A model generated the notes under the pieces. It was not told where the DNA came from. It made no database searches and saw only the letters and a list, made by a program, of their open reading frames with translations. Shown here in pieces: positions 12,848 through 25,424 of a stretch of DNA of 64,000 nt. Position 1 is the stretch's first letter. Each line of letters opens with the position of its first letter. The position numbers were made by a program, and so were the translations under genes. The stretch is from Protoeuglena noctilucae. Its lineage: Eukaryota. Location: contig OY253673.1 of assembly GCA_958009085.1 (NCBI GenBank), positions 124,001 to 188,000 on the forward strand. Direction: 5' to 3'.

Positions 12848-13962
12848 GTTCATGCCCTGAGTTCAGCGGTGCGAGCGACCAATGGTTGGATAACCGATGG
12901 TCGACCGATGGACGAAGCGACAAGGACCCACCCTTGGCTGTGTGTGCCCGGTTGTGCTCGACTCACAACACTGACGGGCAACTGACGGGCTCCCTGGCTG
13001 TCGCCCGTCACTCATGCCACTCATGTCGTGCGACGCGGTGTCTTCCTGGCGCGCACCCCCGCGGCTCTGTACCCCTCTCCCATCTCCGCCTGACCCCGTG
13101 TGCATGTCTGTCCACGTCTGTTCGCCCGGTACAAAGAGTCCCATTGCGCCACCCCGCGCGCAACCAGCGGGCCAGCCCCGCCCACACCGCGTTGCTAGCT
13201 CTTGCCAAAATGTCACATGCTCTTGCCAGAATGCCTCCTGCGCGCCACGCCTCGCCACGCGCGGCGCTTTTCCCGCAGGTCTGAGGCCCTGCACCCGCCC
13301 ACGCCGGCGGCTGTCCCGTTTAGGTCCATGCTTCGATCCCTGGCAGCCTCGGCCCGGCACCCGTGCCAATTTTCCCGCCTGCGAACGCCGCAGCGACTTC
13401 CAATGCCCGCTGTGCAGGAGCCGTGCAGCCCAGCCCTTGTCGTCACACCCGCGCTCGACACGGCCATCTATGCCGTGTTGTGTATAGCCACCCCGCTCGT
13501 TTTGTCCAGCCAGGGCCGCCGCCCGCCATGCCCACGCGCCGAACGACTGCCGTGCCACCTTTGGGAGCAGCCAGGCCCACGCGGCCACCTCTGCCCCGCA
13601 CCTGCCCTGCACCGCCTGCCTTGCTGTACCGTCGCTGCCCCTAGCTCATCCCAGACACCTGCCAGTTTTCCTTTGCGCCTGGGCGCCTCGCACGGCGCCA
13701 TGCCTGGCCCGTCGCGCCCCTCCGCGCCAGGGCGAGCGCACCATCAGCCAAGAGCGCCCCGGCATGCCACGCCACGCCACGTCTCAAGAGAGCACCCCAT
13801 CCCTCGGCGGCCGCGCCTCCCGCCCCTTTTTCCGCACCGGACGGCGGCTTTGGTCGTTTGCCCCCCCAGGCGGGTGGGTCTCTTTGTCCCCTTCGTTGGG
13901 AGGGCTGCGGTCGATGCCGACCGAGCCGTTGTTTTGAAGCCACGCCGTTGAAAGCATGGCAT

Positions 13963-14094
13963 GGCACACCGACGAGTGACGAGAGGCACATTGATGAGTG
14001 ACGAGAGGCACACCGACGAGTGACGAGAGGCACATTGATGAGTGACGAGAGGCACACCGACGAGTGACGAGAGGCACATTGATGAGTGACGAGA
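13963..14094. repeat. Minisatellite of six 22-bp units alternating two variants (3 x 44-bp higher-order unit)
   Basis: (ggcacaCCGACgagtgacgaga ggcacaTTGATgagtgacgaga) x3, with a degenerate partial copy near 14163-14179. Confidence 0.95.
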
Positions 14095-14796
14095 GGGCTG
14101 CCACACGTTGACAAGTGACGCTATGACTGTCAGTGACACGATGGCTGGCAGTGCCACAGACAGATGAGTGACGAGAGGGCCGGCAGTGACATGCGATGGC
14201 TGGCAGTGACGTGAGTGCACCTACAGTATATTCAACAGCGAAGGCTCGTTCGCCATCGAAGCCAAAGCGAATGGGATACGCGAATGGGAACGCATAGGTC
14301 ACGCAAAAGGGCCCGATTACCGCGACGGCTCGCGGTGGCTTTCGGTGGGCGACTGCATGGCACGCCAGGGCGACTGGGGTCGCGAGAGGCTGAGTGGGAT
14401 TGGAAAGAGCAAAGGGAGGTACACATGCGACGTGAGTGGCGGAGACGCCCATAGCAAAGGGCACTGTGGTCAGTCCAGATGCGCGAGGCTGGGGCTACGA
14501 GAGAGTTTACTGGTGAGGGCCCGTGATGACCCGCGCAGAGGGCACAGGATTGCCAGAGGATGGTAGATTACCAGAGAGAGAGAGCCGGCACTGAGGATCA
14601 CGAGAGATACACCGCGAGAGAGGCGGCGCCGGAGAGCACAGAGTGTTGCAACGTCACTGAATTGGTCACTGCGTCGTCTACGGGCCAGGTACGCACCCAG
14701 CAAGGCAGCGAGACGCTCAGGAAGCGGCAGAGCGTCAAAGCCTGCACAGCAAAATCACGAAGTCACCGTCACCACCCTCCTGCCAGTGTCCGCGCG

Positions 14797-17700
14797 TCAG
14801 TGGAGGTAGGCCCCCCCGGGGGTCACGGGCGCCATGCCAAAGCGGTCCCTCCCGGGCACCCCCGGAGTGACGGGCTGCAGGGTCGCGTGGGAGTGCGACA
14901 TCTGCCCCCCCCCGCGATCCCCGGCGCCCTCCCCGGCGCGGATCAGCGACTCGGGACCCTCCAAAGGCAGCGCGCGGATCAGCGACTCGGGACCCTCCAA
15001 AGGCAGCGCGGAGTCCAGGGACGGACCTGGCTGGGCGGGCGGCAGGCGGCCCAGGTGCAGGCGAAGGGGGCGCGCCCTGGGGCTCTGAAGGCCCGCACCC
15101 GCACCCACGCTTGCATTGCCGTTCGCAACGGCAGCCCCACCCGCACCAGCACCCGCACCCACACCCCCACCACCACCCGCACCCGCACCCCCATGCACAC
15201 CCCCACCCGCAGTGTCCCCGGGGTCCTGCCACCCGACCCACTGCCGGCTGGCCAGGTAGCTCCCCTTCTCAGAGGGCCCTGGGATAGGTGCCGTGTCAGG
15301 CCCCGCCTGCCCCGCCGGCTGCCAGGGGGAGTGCCCCGCGGGCGGAGGGGGCCTGGCGACGGCGCCGTGCGCGTGGGGGGTGGAGGCGGCGGATGCAGTC
15401 GCGGCGTAGGCCCACGGCTGGCGGGGGCTGAGGGCGCTGTGGGGGGTGACAGGCGACAGGGGCAGCGGTGGCGCCTCGTCCTGTGCTGCCTCCGTGCGCA
15501 CCGTGGCGCGGCCCCGCGTCCCAGCGCCGCCGTCGGGGTCGCCGGCCGCGAGGGTCACCGCCAGCGCCGCGGCCGCCGAGCTGTGGGGGTCTAAGGCGGT
15601 GTTGTTGTCCCTGCCTGGGTCCTTGGCAGGCCTGGGGTTGGGGTGGGCATGGGGGTGGCCTTGGTTGGCGCCCAGAGGAGCGGCGCGGGAGGGCCACGAG
15701 GGCTCTGCGGACTTGGACGCGCGGTCCCCCGGTCGGTCGTCGTTGTCGGGTCCGTGGGTGGGCATGGAGGGGCGGGCGTGGGCGTCGTAGGTGCGGCGGA
15801 GGGCGGACATGCGGTCGGACCAGGAGGGCACTGGGGGGTGTGGAGAGGGGAGGGAGGGGGGTGAGATAAGGAAAGAGGGGTGGGGTGGGTGAGGGGAGGG
15901 GTGACAGAGGGGTGTGAGGGGTGGGGGTGTGTTTCAGATGTGTCGAGGACGAGCCAGGGATGGAGAGAGAAGCAAGGAAGGGCTTCTCCACACAGGTTGA
16001 GCTGCCTTAGGCTGAGAAGGAAGTTGCTCAAACATCCACCTCAACCCCCCGCTCACCCCCACCCCACCCCCACCCCCACCCCGCCCCTCACCGATCTCCG
16101 CGAAGGCGCTGAGCAGCGGCTCGACCCTGCGGATGTGCCGCCGCTGCACCCGGTGCGGGTCGTCGCCCACCAGCGGCAGCCCCGCCCCCGCCCCCGCCCC
16201 GTCGCCGCCCCTGGTCTCCGCCAGCCGCCTCATCTCCGCTTGGGCTTCTGCCGCGTGGCGCAGGCCCCAGGAGACGGCGATGTCCACGTTGCTGGTCAGG
16301 TAGCCGCAGTCGGAGGCCTTCAGGACTGGGGGGGGGGGGGGGGTTGGGGGGGTTGGGGGGTGATGAGCGGCGGTGGGTGGGTGATGAGGGGTGATGGGTG
16401 GGTGATGAGCGGCGATGGATGCATAGCAGTGATGGGTGCTACTGAGCGGGGAGGGCTAGCACCCACTGCCCCGTATCTGCCCGTCTGGCCACCACTCACG
16501 GCCGCACACACACCCACCCCACGCATCCGCACCCACCATCACCCACCCCACCCCACCCATCCCCCCTCACCCGCGCTCATGACCAGGGCGAAGTCCGCGG
16601 CTGTGCCGTACCACCCCGGCCTCCTCTCCGCCCCCTTCCTCGTCCTGCCCCCGTCGTTGCGCTGCCCCAGCCTCGCCCCCAGCAGCCGCAGCGAGTGCAC
16701 CAGCGCAGGCTCGTGGGCCGGGTCACTGGACAGCACCAGGTGCAACACCATGCGCCGGACGTGGGCGTAGTCGTCCGCGCCCAGCTGGGCGAAGATGTCG
16801 GTGGAGTATTCGGAACTAGCGACCTCGAAGATCTGAGGGGGGGAGAGGAGGGGTGGGGAGGGGGTGGGGCTGGGTTGGGTGACTGGGGTAGCAGTGATGG
16901 CGAGCAAGGGGGTAGCGGTGGGGGTAGCGACGAGGGAGTGGTTTGGAGAGTGGAAGGGACTGAGCAGCCAAGCACTTGAACTGTGGTTAGAACGCATCGA
17001 TTGCCACGCTACGCATGCACACCCCTCCCCATGTGACCCGGTGTGGCACCCCTCCCTATGCCCCCCAACCACCAGCATTCCCTCATCATGGTGCAACTAC
17101 CCTAACGACCCCTCACCATACCAACCGCACCCCTCAATCCCCCCAGCACCCCCACCCCTCCCCATGCAACCCAACCCCCCTCCCCCTCCCCCCAGCACCC
17201 CCACCCCTTGCAACTCACAACCCCTCACCATGTTAGCGCTGGCGTTCTCCTGCACGCTCCTGTCGTTGTAGGTCCTGGCCAAAGCATGCCTGGCCTCCAC
17301 CAAGGCTCGGTTGCTGGATGCTTGGGAGCAGACGTGCATTCCCAGGCAAGCGACTAAGAGGGCGAAGCGGTCGCGGGCGGCGAGGGACTGCATCTCGGGG
17401 AGCCTGGGGGGGGGGGGGGGGGGGGGGGGGATGGGTGGAGGTGGGTGAGGTGGGGGTGGGAGCGAGGGGTGGTGGGGGGAGGGTGGTGGTGAGGGTGGTT
17501 GAGGTTGGGATGGTGCGGAGTTGAGGTGGGTTGAGGGTGGCGGTGGAGGGTGTGGTGGGGGAGGTGAGGTGGGGAGTTGAAGTGAGGGTGGGTGTTTATC
17601 ACCTTAGTGCAGTGCAGCCAGCGCGCATGGCATGGCATGGCATGGCATGGCAGTGCATAGGATGTCATGCCTCTCACCTGAGCGTGGTGTAGAGGGCGTG

Positions 17701-20700
17701 CATGGCGTCCACGGCGTGCCACGCGTTGTGGAAGGGGTGCGCGGCGTGTCGCTGCAGCACGGCGCGGCTCCACTGCACGAACGTCTTGCGCGGGCAGAGC
17801 TCCTCGGGTACCCGGGCCTTCATGAACAGCGCCTGCGTGGCCGCCACCAGATCCAGCAGAGACAAGGGCAGCACGTCCCATGCGGGGGTGCCCATGCGGT
17901 TGACCACGTGGGGGGGAAAGCGGGCGTCCAGTCGCAGATCCGAGTTTCGGCGGGCGCTGTCGGCTTTGAGGTCGGGGGGGGCGGGGGAGGCCGAGGCATC
18001 CAGGGAAACACTGGGGGGGGGGGTGGGGTGGGGTGGCGTGGGGTGGGGTGGGGTGAGGGGTGAGGGGTGGGGTGAGGGGTGAGGGGTGAGGGGTGAGGGG
18101 TGAGGGGTGAGGGGTGAGGGGTGAGGGGTGGGAGTTAAACAAAAGACGAACAAGTGGGTCTGTATGACCAAGCCGAATCGTGTGCCCCATGCATGCATCC
18201 CTGTGCCCCATCCCAGCACCTATCGTCCCCCCCACGCACACACGCACACACCCACTCACCGCGCGACCGTCCCCGCCACCGGCTCCGCGGACAGACTGGC
18301 GAGGAGGGCGTGGTACCCCGCGGCCGCCCCCTGGGCCAGGACCAGCAGCCGCCCCACGCAGTCCGCCACTGACAGAGCGTGAGTGGGGGAGGGGGGAGGG
18401 GAGGGGCCGGGCTGGAGGGCGGGGTGGAGGAGGAGGTGGGAGTCGGCGCGGGCGTCCACCGTCGCGGCCGCATCCGCACTGGAGGGGTAGGAGAGGGGTT
18501 GGGTGCGGGGTGGGTGGCAGGGTAAGTGCCCAGGTAGTGCAGGCATGGGTGGATCAGTGGATGTGAGAGCAGCAGCGTTCATGTGGCTCTCAGCGAGAAA
18601 TGGAGCGCGTTGCCACGAGCATAAGCAAAGCGGCTCTCATCGCTCCCCCGCTCTCCCTCACCTCCTCTCTCCCGGTGACATGCTTCCCCTGGCCACCTCC
18701 TTCCCCGCGGCGCCGCCCCCCGTGACCCCCTCCACGTGCCCAGCCACGGCGCACAGAGCCGCCAGCACCGTGTCCACCGGCCGCCCCACCACGCGCTCCA
18801 GCGCCCACACCCCCACGGCCCACGTGGCCGCCCCCGCCGCCACCACCGCCAGCGTCAGGAACGCCCGCGCGCGCAGGGCGGCTCCCCAGGCAGCGTCCGC
18901 GGACAGCAACACCTCAACGCAAAGGGCGGTAGGGGATGCGGTAGCGGGTGCGGGGCACGTGCCGGCATCGGCGGCCACCACGCGTGCCACGCGCCCCGTC
19001 GCGAGCAGGGGGGACTCCCAGGTGCGGCCGGTGGGCCAGGCGGGGCTCATGGCGACAACGGAGACGGCGGGGAGGGGTGGGCGGGACGAGGCGGCAGCCA
19101 CGGCGGCGTCGAAGGCTGGGGGGGGATGAGGAGGGGTGAGGGTGTGGGTAGCAGTGTGGGTGTGGGTGTGCACATGTGGGTGCATGAATGATCGCGTGAC
19201 AGCGTGGCGAGAGCGAGGGGCACAGTGCAGTGCTGATGCCGTATCTCACCGCCAGGGTTGGCCTGGAGGTCGATGGCGATCTGGGCAGCGACGGCGGCGG
19301 CCTCAGACAGGAGACCCGGGTCCCCGAGGGGCGAAGCATCGGGGGCGGGGGCGGAGGAGGCGAGGAGGAGGACGGCGCTGGCGGCTGCTAACGAGGCGCC
19401 GACGGTGGCCTGCGGGGAAGGGCGGCGCAGGTGCAGGTGCAGGGTGGGTGGGGCAAGGTGGTAGGGCTCAAGCTGGTGAGGGGCAGAGTGAGGGTCTGGC
19501 GAAGCACGGGCGAGGCGAGGGGGGTGCACTGCCACCAGGACCTCTCTGCGCGACCGGGCCCCCCCGTGTGCACTCCATCCCCCATGCCGCGCTCACCGCA
19601 GCGGCGAGGGCGAGGGCGAAGGCGGCCCTCAGCTGCCTTGGGGCCAAAGGGTCCCGGGGCCGCAGCCGCGCCACCGCCGCGTGGGCCCAGGAGAGCAGAC
19701 CGCGTCCGACCACGACGGGGAGCAGCGCAGCGGCGGCGGCGGAGGCGGGGAAGTCGGCGGGCGACAGGGCGAGGGTGTGGTGGGGGGAGAGGGAGGCGTC
19801 GGCTGGGAGTGACGGTACATCGGCGGCAGCCATGGCGGCCAGCAGGCCCGCGCTCGCCACTGCGGGGAAGGGAGGGGGGCGGGGCGGGTCTGACGGGGCC
19901 GGGACTTGCAGATGACATGGGCCTGGCATCCACATTTGGAGGGGAGATGCATCGGGCACGCTCGCCCCGCCACTACGACACCCCGTTTTTGAAGGGTTAG
20001 GGTAGGGAATGAATGCAATTGAGTCAAAGCATCGTCCTGAACCATTCCCAGTTGCGCTGCAACTGCGGCCATGACGCACCTGTGAGGCACGCCTCGGCTG
20101 CGCGTGCGGCGCGCATGACGGGGCGGCCGCCGTCGACGATGGCCGAGGGGGCGGTGGCGTGGAAGGCGACCGAGTCGGCGACGAGAGCAGCGGCGGTGGC
20201 GAGCAGGAGCGCGGCGCGGGGGGCGGCGCCCGCGCCGTGGTCCCTTGCCCCGGGTCCCTCCATAACCGCCCAGGAGAGGGGGTACGCGAAGGCACAGAGG
20301 ACGCAGAGGGCCGAGAGAGCGGCCGCCCAGGCCCAGGAGGCCACGACGGCCCAGAGGAGGAGCTTGGCGCGGCCGCGGGAGGGCAGGGGCGCGTTGGGCT
20401 CCGCGTGGGCCAGGCTGCCCATGGCACGGGCGGCATTCTGCACGGCCACGTCCATGTCGCTGCGCGGGGAGAGGGTGCTGGTGGTTGTTGGTCTGGCGTC
20501 GATGGTCGGGGATGCATTCGCGACCCTCAGCAGTGCTGGCGAAGGTGCTTGGCATGCCAGTCACGAGCACGCGGCAACTCGCAAAGACTCGCCTGGGGGT
20601 CGAGTAGAGGTGGACGCGCGGGGGTGACGTGGACCGCCCCGCACCGCTGTCGAGCGCGCCACCCGCACCGCCCAGCACAGGGCTGACGTCCTTCCCAGAC

Positions 20701-21934
20701 CCGTCCGACCCCCGGGCCCCCGCCCGGACCTCCACGCAGGCCATCGCGTGCGGAAGGGGCACCAGCGGGCGGACCACGGGGGCGGGGCCAGCGGTGCCCG
20801 ACGCCGGCCGCGCCCACCCGTGGCTGGGGCGGTGGGGGGCGGAGTCTGAGGCGCGCCCGATGCGGGCGGGGGTGGGGCCGGCGCCGTCGCTCCCGCGGCC
20901 CACCTCCGAGTGCGACCGCGCGGACCGGGGACGCGAGACCTGCGGGTCAGGGGGCACGGGTGGCATTGGCCAGTGTGGGACGCGCACGTCGCGCCGATGC
21001 GTTGTCTGGCACAAGGGGTTATCTGGCGCAGGCCGCGTCTGGCATAAGGTGTTCTCTGGCTCCCGTCTCCCGTCTCGCCTGGGGCTTGGGGTCCTCCCGC
21101 ACTCGCGCGCCCCGGAAGAGGCGGTGGGTGCGGATCCAGTCCAGGGTCGCCTGGGGCCTGCCCCGCTGCCCCCACGGCCCCGCAGACGCCTCCGAGGGCT
21201 CCGGGCGATCGGCCTCCGCCTGGCCGTGGGCCCCGCTGGCGCGCCGGCTGAGCCCGCCGAGCACGATCGTTGCCAGCGTGCGCTTGCTCGCGGATGCTTG
21301 GGCGGGGGAGAGGGCCGCTTTCGAGCTGCGGTGGAAGGGCGGTGGGCGGCGTTGGGTGACGGGGCCGGCTAGAGGCGGGAGCGACGGCAGCGAGCGGCGA
21401 GGAGGGTTGGACGCAGCATGGGTGCCCGATGTTGCACCTCGGGTGCGCGGGGGATGGGTCAACGTGCGAGTGCTCCCGCACTCCGCCGAGCCGGTGTCCG
21501 AGCGATGCGGAAGGGTCCTGCATGACGAGGAGCGAAGCGGGGAGGCGTCCCGACGCCCGGCCATGGCACACTCTTCGCGGCGCAGTGCGGGCAGTGCGGG
21601 CGGCGCATGCAGGGCCGCGCGACGCACCGCTGCGCCGGCGCCCGTCCGGCCCTGTCTAAGGAACAGCCCTTCCGACGAACAAATGCTTTCGGACTCAAAG
21701 TATCCTCGCGAATATCCGTCCGTGGACGCCTGCGAGGGCAGCGACGAGGCTCGCTGGGCCGTGCGCATGCGTCGCAGGGCCCCGAGAGCCGGGCAGGGCA
21801 GCATAAATGCTAGCTTCGACACGCACGGACCAGGTCGCAGCGCACGCCGCGCCGTGTGCCGGCCGCGCCGGCGGGCTGTTTGACCGCACCTGGTCGCGCG
21901 CCATCTCCGCGTCTCGTGCGCCCCCATCCGCCAT
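14797..21934 (-). CDS. Multi-pass membrane protein with a degenerate class I cyclic-nucleotide phosphodiesterase domain (pseudo-PDE)
   Basis: About 12 exons. Hydrophobic segments at ~18750-20450. PDE-like exons HPFHNAWHAVD, LARTYNDRSVQEN, LVLSSD, VLKASD, VEPLL. The start at 21934 is tentative. Confidence 0.75.
14936..15007. repeat. 36-bp in-frame tandem duplication in the pseudo-PDE C-terminal tail (ALPLEGPESLIR x2)
   Basis: gcgcggatcagcgactcgggaccctccaaaggcagc occurs twice. Confidence 0.9.
18051..18130. repeat. Intronic (TGAGGGG)n microsatellite
   Basis: About 10 copies of TGAGGGG inside a pseudo-PDE intron. Confidence 0.9.
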
Positions 21935-22730
21935 CTCCGCCAGGACTGCGAGGACCGCACATGTTCGACTCGTCGGTCGGTTGCGGAGGAGGGGCTTCGA
22001 GCTGGGCCGGCCAGGAGATGGCAGCGATGCACGGGAAGATCCCTGCCCACGAGGCGCCTGTTGGGCCGTTCCGGAAGCTAAAGGACGAGCGTCCCAGACA
22101 GGTTTGACGCAGTCTCACCGGCCAGGTCCTCCGGGATCGGCTGAGCGTTCAGCGCCGCTGTGGAATGCTGCCGCAAACTGCGCAGGGGCCGGAGGGTCGG
22201 GGCGCCCGGCCCGCGCGCCGAGGAGAGGGCGCGTTGGGACCCCGCATCCTCTGTCATGCCTTCCAGCTGACCCTCGCTCCCGGCCCGCCGCATGGGGCGG
22301 AGGGCGAGCAACCGGCCTTGCGCCCGCGACTCCAGGCGACCCCGCCCTGGTCTCCGGGAAAGCGAATCACGACTTGCCTCTCTTTTGTCGGATTTGGCGC
22401 TGTGATCGCGCTCGGCTCGAATGGGGCTATCTAGCGACGAGTCAAAGTTTCCACTCACAAACAAACTCCATCGTGACGCGGCTCGGCGCTTGACGTCTGC
22501 GCTGAGCATGTGAAGAAGTGAGGGCGCCCACGCCCGCAAGACGGGTGGTCGCGACGTGTTTCGGACACTTTTTCGCTTGATCGAGCGCTGTGCACGTCAT
22601 CAGCCAGCGCTCTCCATGTTGCTTGCATCGCACAGCGATTGAACATCTGCACGCGACATACGGCGATCGCCGGGGGAACTTTAGCTCCTTCGCACTGAAA
22701 AAGTGGCGAGAGGGGAAAAGCAGTCGCGGG

Positions 22731-25101
22731 ATGTCGCTGACGACGGGGAGGTACGTGAGCGGGACTCGGTGCTTGGCTGGCGGGATGCGAGGCGGGGCAG
22801 GGAGGACGGGGCAGCACGTGACGTGGCCATCCACTTCTTCCGCAGAGCCGCTGGGCTATATTGGCTCCCACTGGCGTTCATCTCTGCGAAATCCTGCGCG
22901 TCAAGGTGTAGGGGAGCTGCGGGGAGGCACGTGTGCGCGGCGGCCGCGGCGAGCACGGCGGCGGGAGGGCGGAGGCAGGGCGTGGCGGAAATCCAGGCCG
23001 ACTCGCGGGACAAGGTGGATGTGAACCCACCAAAAGGCACGCGGGACTTCCCGCCGGAGGAAATGCGCGTCCGCAACTGGCTCTTCGGGCACTTCCGGTG
23101 AGATGGCGCCGCGGGTGGCAACCAGGGCTCGCTGCCGCTGGCCGGGACCTGCGCCCGCCATCCCCCCCTCCCATGCCCCGCGATGAATAGAGATCCGTGA
23201 CTGGCGTCTGTGTGCTTCATGTCTCCGCAGGGAGGTGTCCAAGCGGTTCGGTTTCGAGGAGTTTGATGCGCCCGTGCTCGAGTCCGAGGCTCTGTACGTG
23301 CGGAAGGCGGGGGAGGAGATCACCGAGCAGCTGTACTGCTTTGAAGACAAAGGGGGCCGGCGCGTGGCCCTGCGCCCGGAGCTCACGCCGTCCCTGGTGC
23401 GCTGCCGGGGGTCGGAGCGCTGCGCTGCGCACTCAGCGCAGCTCCGTCCCGCTGCGACGCCCGCGTCCGCCACCTTCCGCAGGCCCGCATCATCCTAGGC
23501 AAGGGCAAGTCCCTGCCCCTGCCCGCCAAGTGGTTCGCCGTGGGGCAGTGCTGGCGGTACGAGCGCATGACGCGCGGCCGCCGGCGCGAGCACTACCAGT
23601 GGAATATGGACGTGTTCGGCGTGCCGGGCGTTGAGGCCGAGGCGGAGCTCCTCGCGGCCGTGGTCGACATCTTCCGCTCGGTGGGCCTCTCCGAGCGCGA
23701 CGTGGGCATCAAGGTCTCCTCCCGCAAGGTCCTGCAGGCCGTGGCCGCCCAGTGCGGCGTCCCGGCGGACAAGTTCGGGGCGGGTGAGCAAGTGTGGTTT
23801 GTCAGCAAATGATCGCCCTTAGTTTCTCTCATGCAGCTCGCGTCCGCCCCCGTCACTGCCGCTCCCCCGAGCGACATACCAAAGCCCCCACCGCCCCCCG
23901 CGCCCGCCAGTGTGCGTGGTGGTCGACAAGGTGGACAAGCTTCCCCGCGAGGCAGTCGTGGCTCAGCTGAAGGAGGTCGGGTGCGACGACGAGGCTGTGG
24001 AGGGCATCCTGGGGGCGCTGACCATCGCCAGCATCGACGCGCTGAGGGAGATCTTGGGGTCGGACGCCGAGCCCGTCCAGGCAAGGAGGAAGAGGCAGAG
24101 AAGCCGCAGCGGGGTCAGAGCCTCCAGCCGCAAGCAACGCCACCGGGGCCACTCTGATGGCTGGGTTGCCCGAGGCATGGCATAAACTCCTGCCGCCACT
24201 GTAGCGTGACGCGTGGCGGTCGTCTTTGCGTGCCGCAGGAGCTGGGGCGGCTGTTTGAGCTGGCGGAGGGGTACGGGTACCGAGACTGGCTGGTGCTGGA
24301 CACGAGCGTGGTGCGGGGGCTGGCCTACTACACGGGGACGGTGTTTGAGGGGTTCGATCGGGCGGGGCAGCTGCGGGCCATCTGCGGCGGGGGGCGCTAC
24401 GACCGCATCTTGAGGTGAGGCACACTTTGGGGCGGGCCCCAGGCCCTGCCCGCGCTCGCTCGCTCCCGCATCCCTGCGCTTCTCGAACCTGCGCACGATG
24501 CCAACTGTGATGTGAAGCATTTCTTCGAGCTCGCCCCGCAGCACGTTTGGGGGCGAGGACCTCCCGGCCGCGGGGTTCGGCTTCGGTGACGCGGTCATCA
24601 TGGAGCTCTTGGCCGACCGAGGCCTGGTGCCTCAGTTGGCCCCGGAGGTGCAGGACGTCGTGCTGTGCCTGGACGAGGACGTGAGGCCCGTGGCGTGCCG
24701 GGTGGCCTCGTCGCTTCGGGCCAAGGGGCGGGCGGTGGACCTGGTGCTGGAGGGGAAGAAGCTGAAGGTGAGGAGGGTGGATGCGGTGTGAAAGGGGAAG
24801 AAGCTAAGGGTGAGGTGGGCAGATTCTGGCGGTGCAGGCTACGGTACCAAGGGGGATAGCGAGAGGCAAGAGGAGGAAGAGGTGTTCAACTCCCTTGCTT
24901 CCATGCAAACCACAAAGCTTCATTCCCTCTCGTCCACGTGGCCCACCATTCCCCTGGCCGCAGTGGGTCTTCAAGCACACCGAGCGTCTTCAGGCAGAGC
25001 GCCTCATCTCGGTGGGCAAGGCGGAGGCAGGGCAGGGCGCGGTGGTGGTCCGGGACCTCGCCACGCGCGCGGACCAGACGGTGCCCATCGCGGACCTGTA
25101 G
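22731..25101 (+). CDS. hisS: Histidine--tRNA ligase, organellar (chloroplast/mitochondrial)
   Basis: [66 protein letters not shown] and an anticodon-binding C-terminus. N-terminal targeting peptide. Seven introns, one GC-AG. Confidence 0.97.
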
Positions 25102-25166
25102 CGCGTCCTTGCTCTTGCAGCCACAGCCTGCCCCGTGGTTGCCCTGGTCTCGGTGCCAGCCCCGTA

Positions 25167-25171
25167 TGTAA
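25167..25171 (+). promoter_or_regulatory. Chlorophyte-type poly(A) signal TGTAA (hisS)
   Basis: About 65 nt after the stop. Similar TGTAA sites occur downstream of other genes (2202 +, 47617 +, 33463 -, 61787 -). Confidence 0.55.
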
Positions 25172-25424
25172 CGGGTGCCCGCGACAGCAACTAGCACTCA
25201 GTGATAGATCTGGTTTGGTGAGTGGCCGCGTGGCTTCGGTCGGCGTGCGGCAGTCGCGACAGGGATTCAAGCGAGCAGAGGGAAAGGAGGGGTGCCGGGG
25301 GCCAAGGCGCCAGGCCCGGACGGGAGTCTCACGTCTACGTGACTGCTGCCAAAGGGTCCCCGGGTGGGGAGTCGGGGAGGCGCGCGCTCGCCGCTAGGCC
25401 GGCGCGCATCCGCGAACCGCGCCC

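Noticed and set aside
13963..14094. CRISPR-like look of the regularly spaced 22-bp repeats
   Set aside because: The variable parts are only 5 bp and themselves repeat. There are no unique spacers or cas genes, and the context is eukaryotic.
14200..14720. Possible small gene in the lower-GC stretch after the minisatellite
   Set aside because: The short ORFs have no recognisable motifs or consistent splice structure; this is more likely UTR or intergenic sequence.
18051..18130. Interstitial telomere interpretation of (TGAGGGG)n, and of short aaccctaaccc/gggttaggg matches near 47962 and 19994
   Set aside because: The unit is not a TTTAGGG/TTAGGG-type repeat, and the short matches are only one or two units long.
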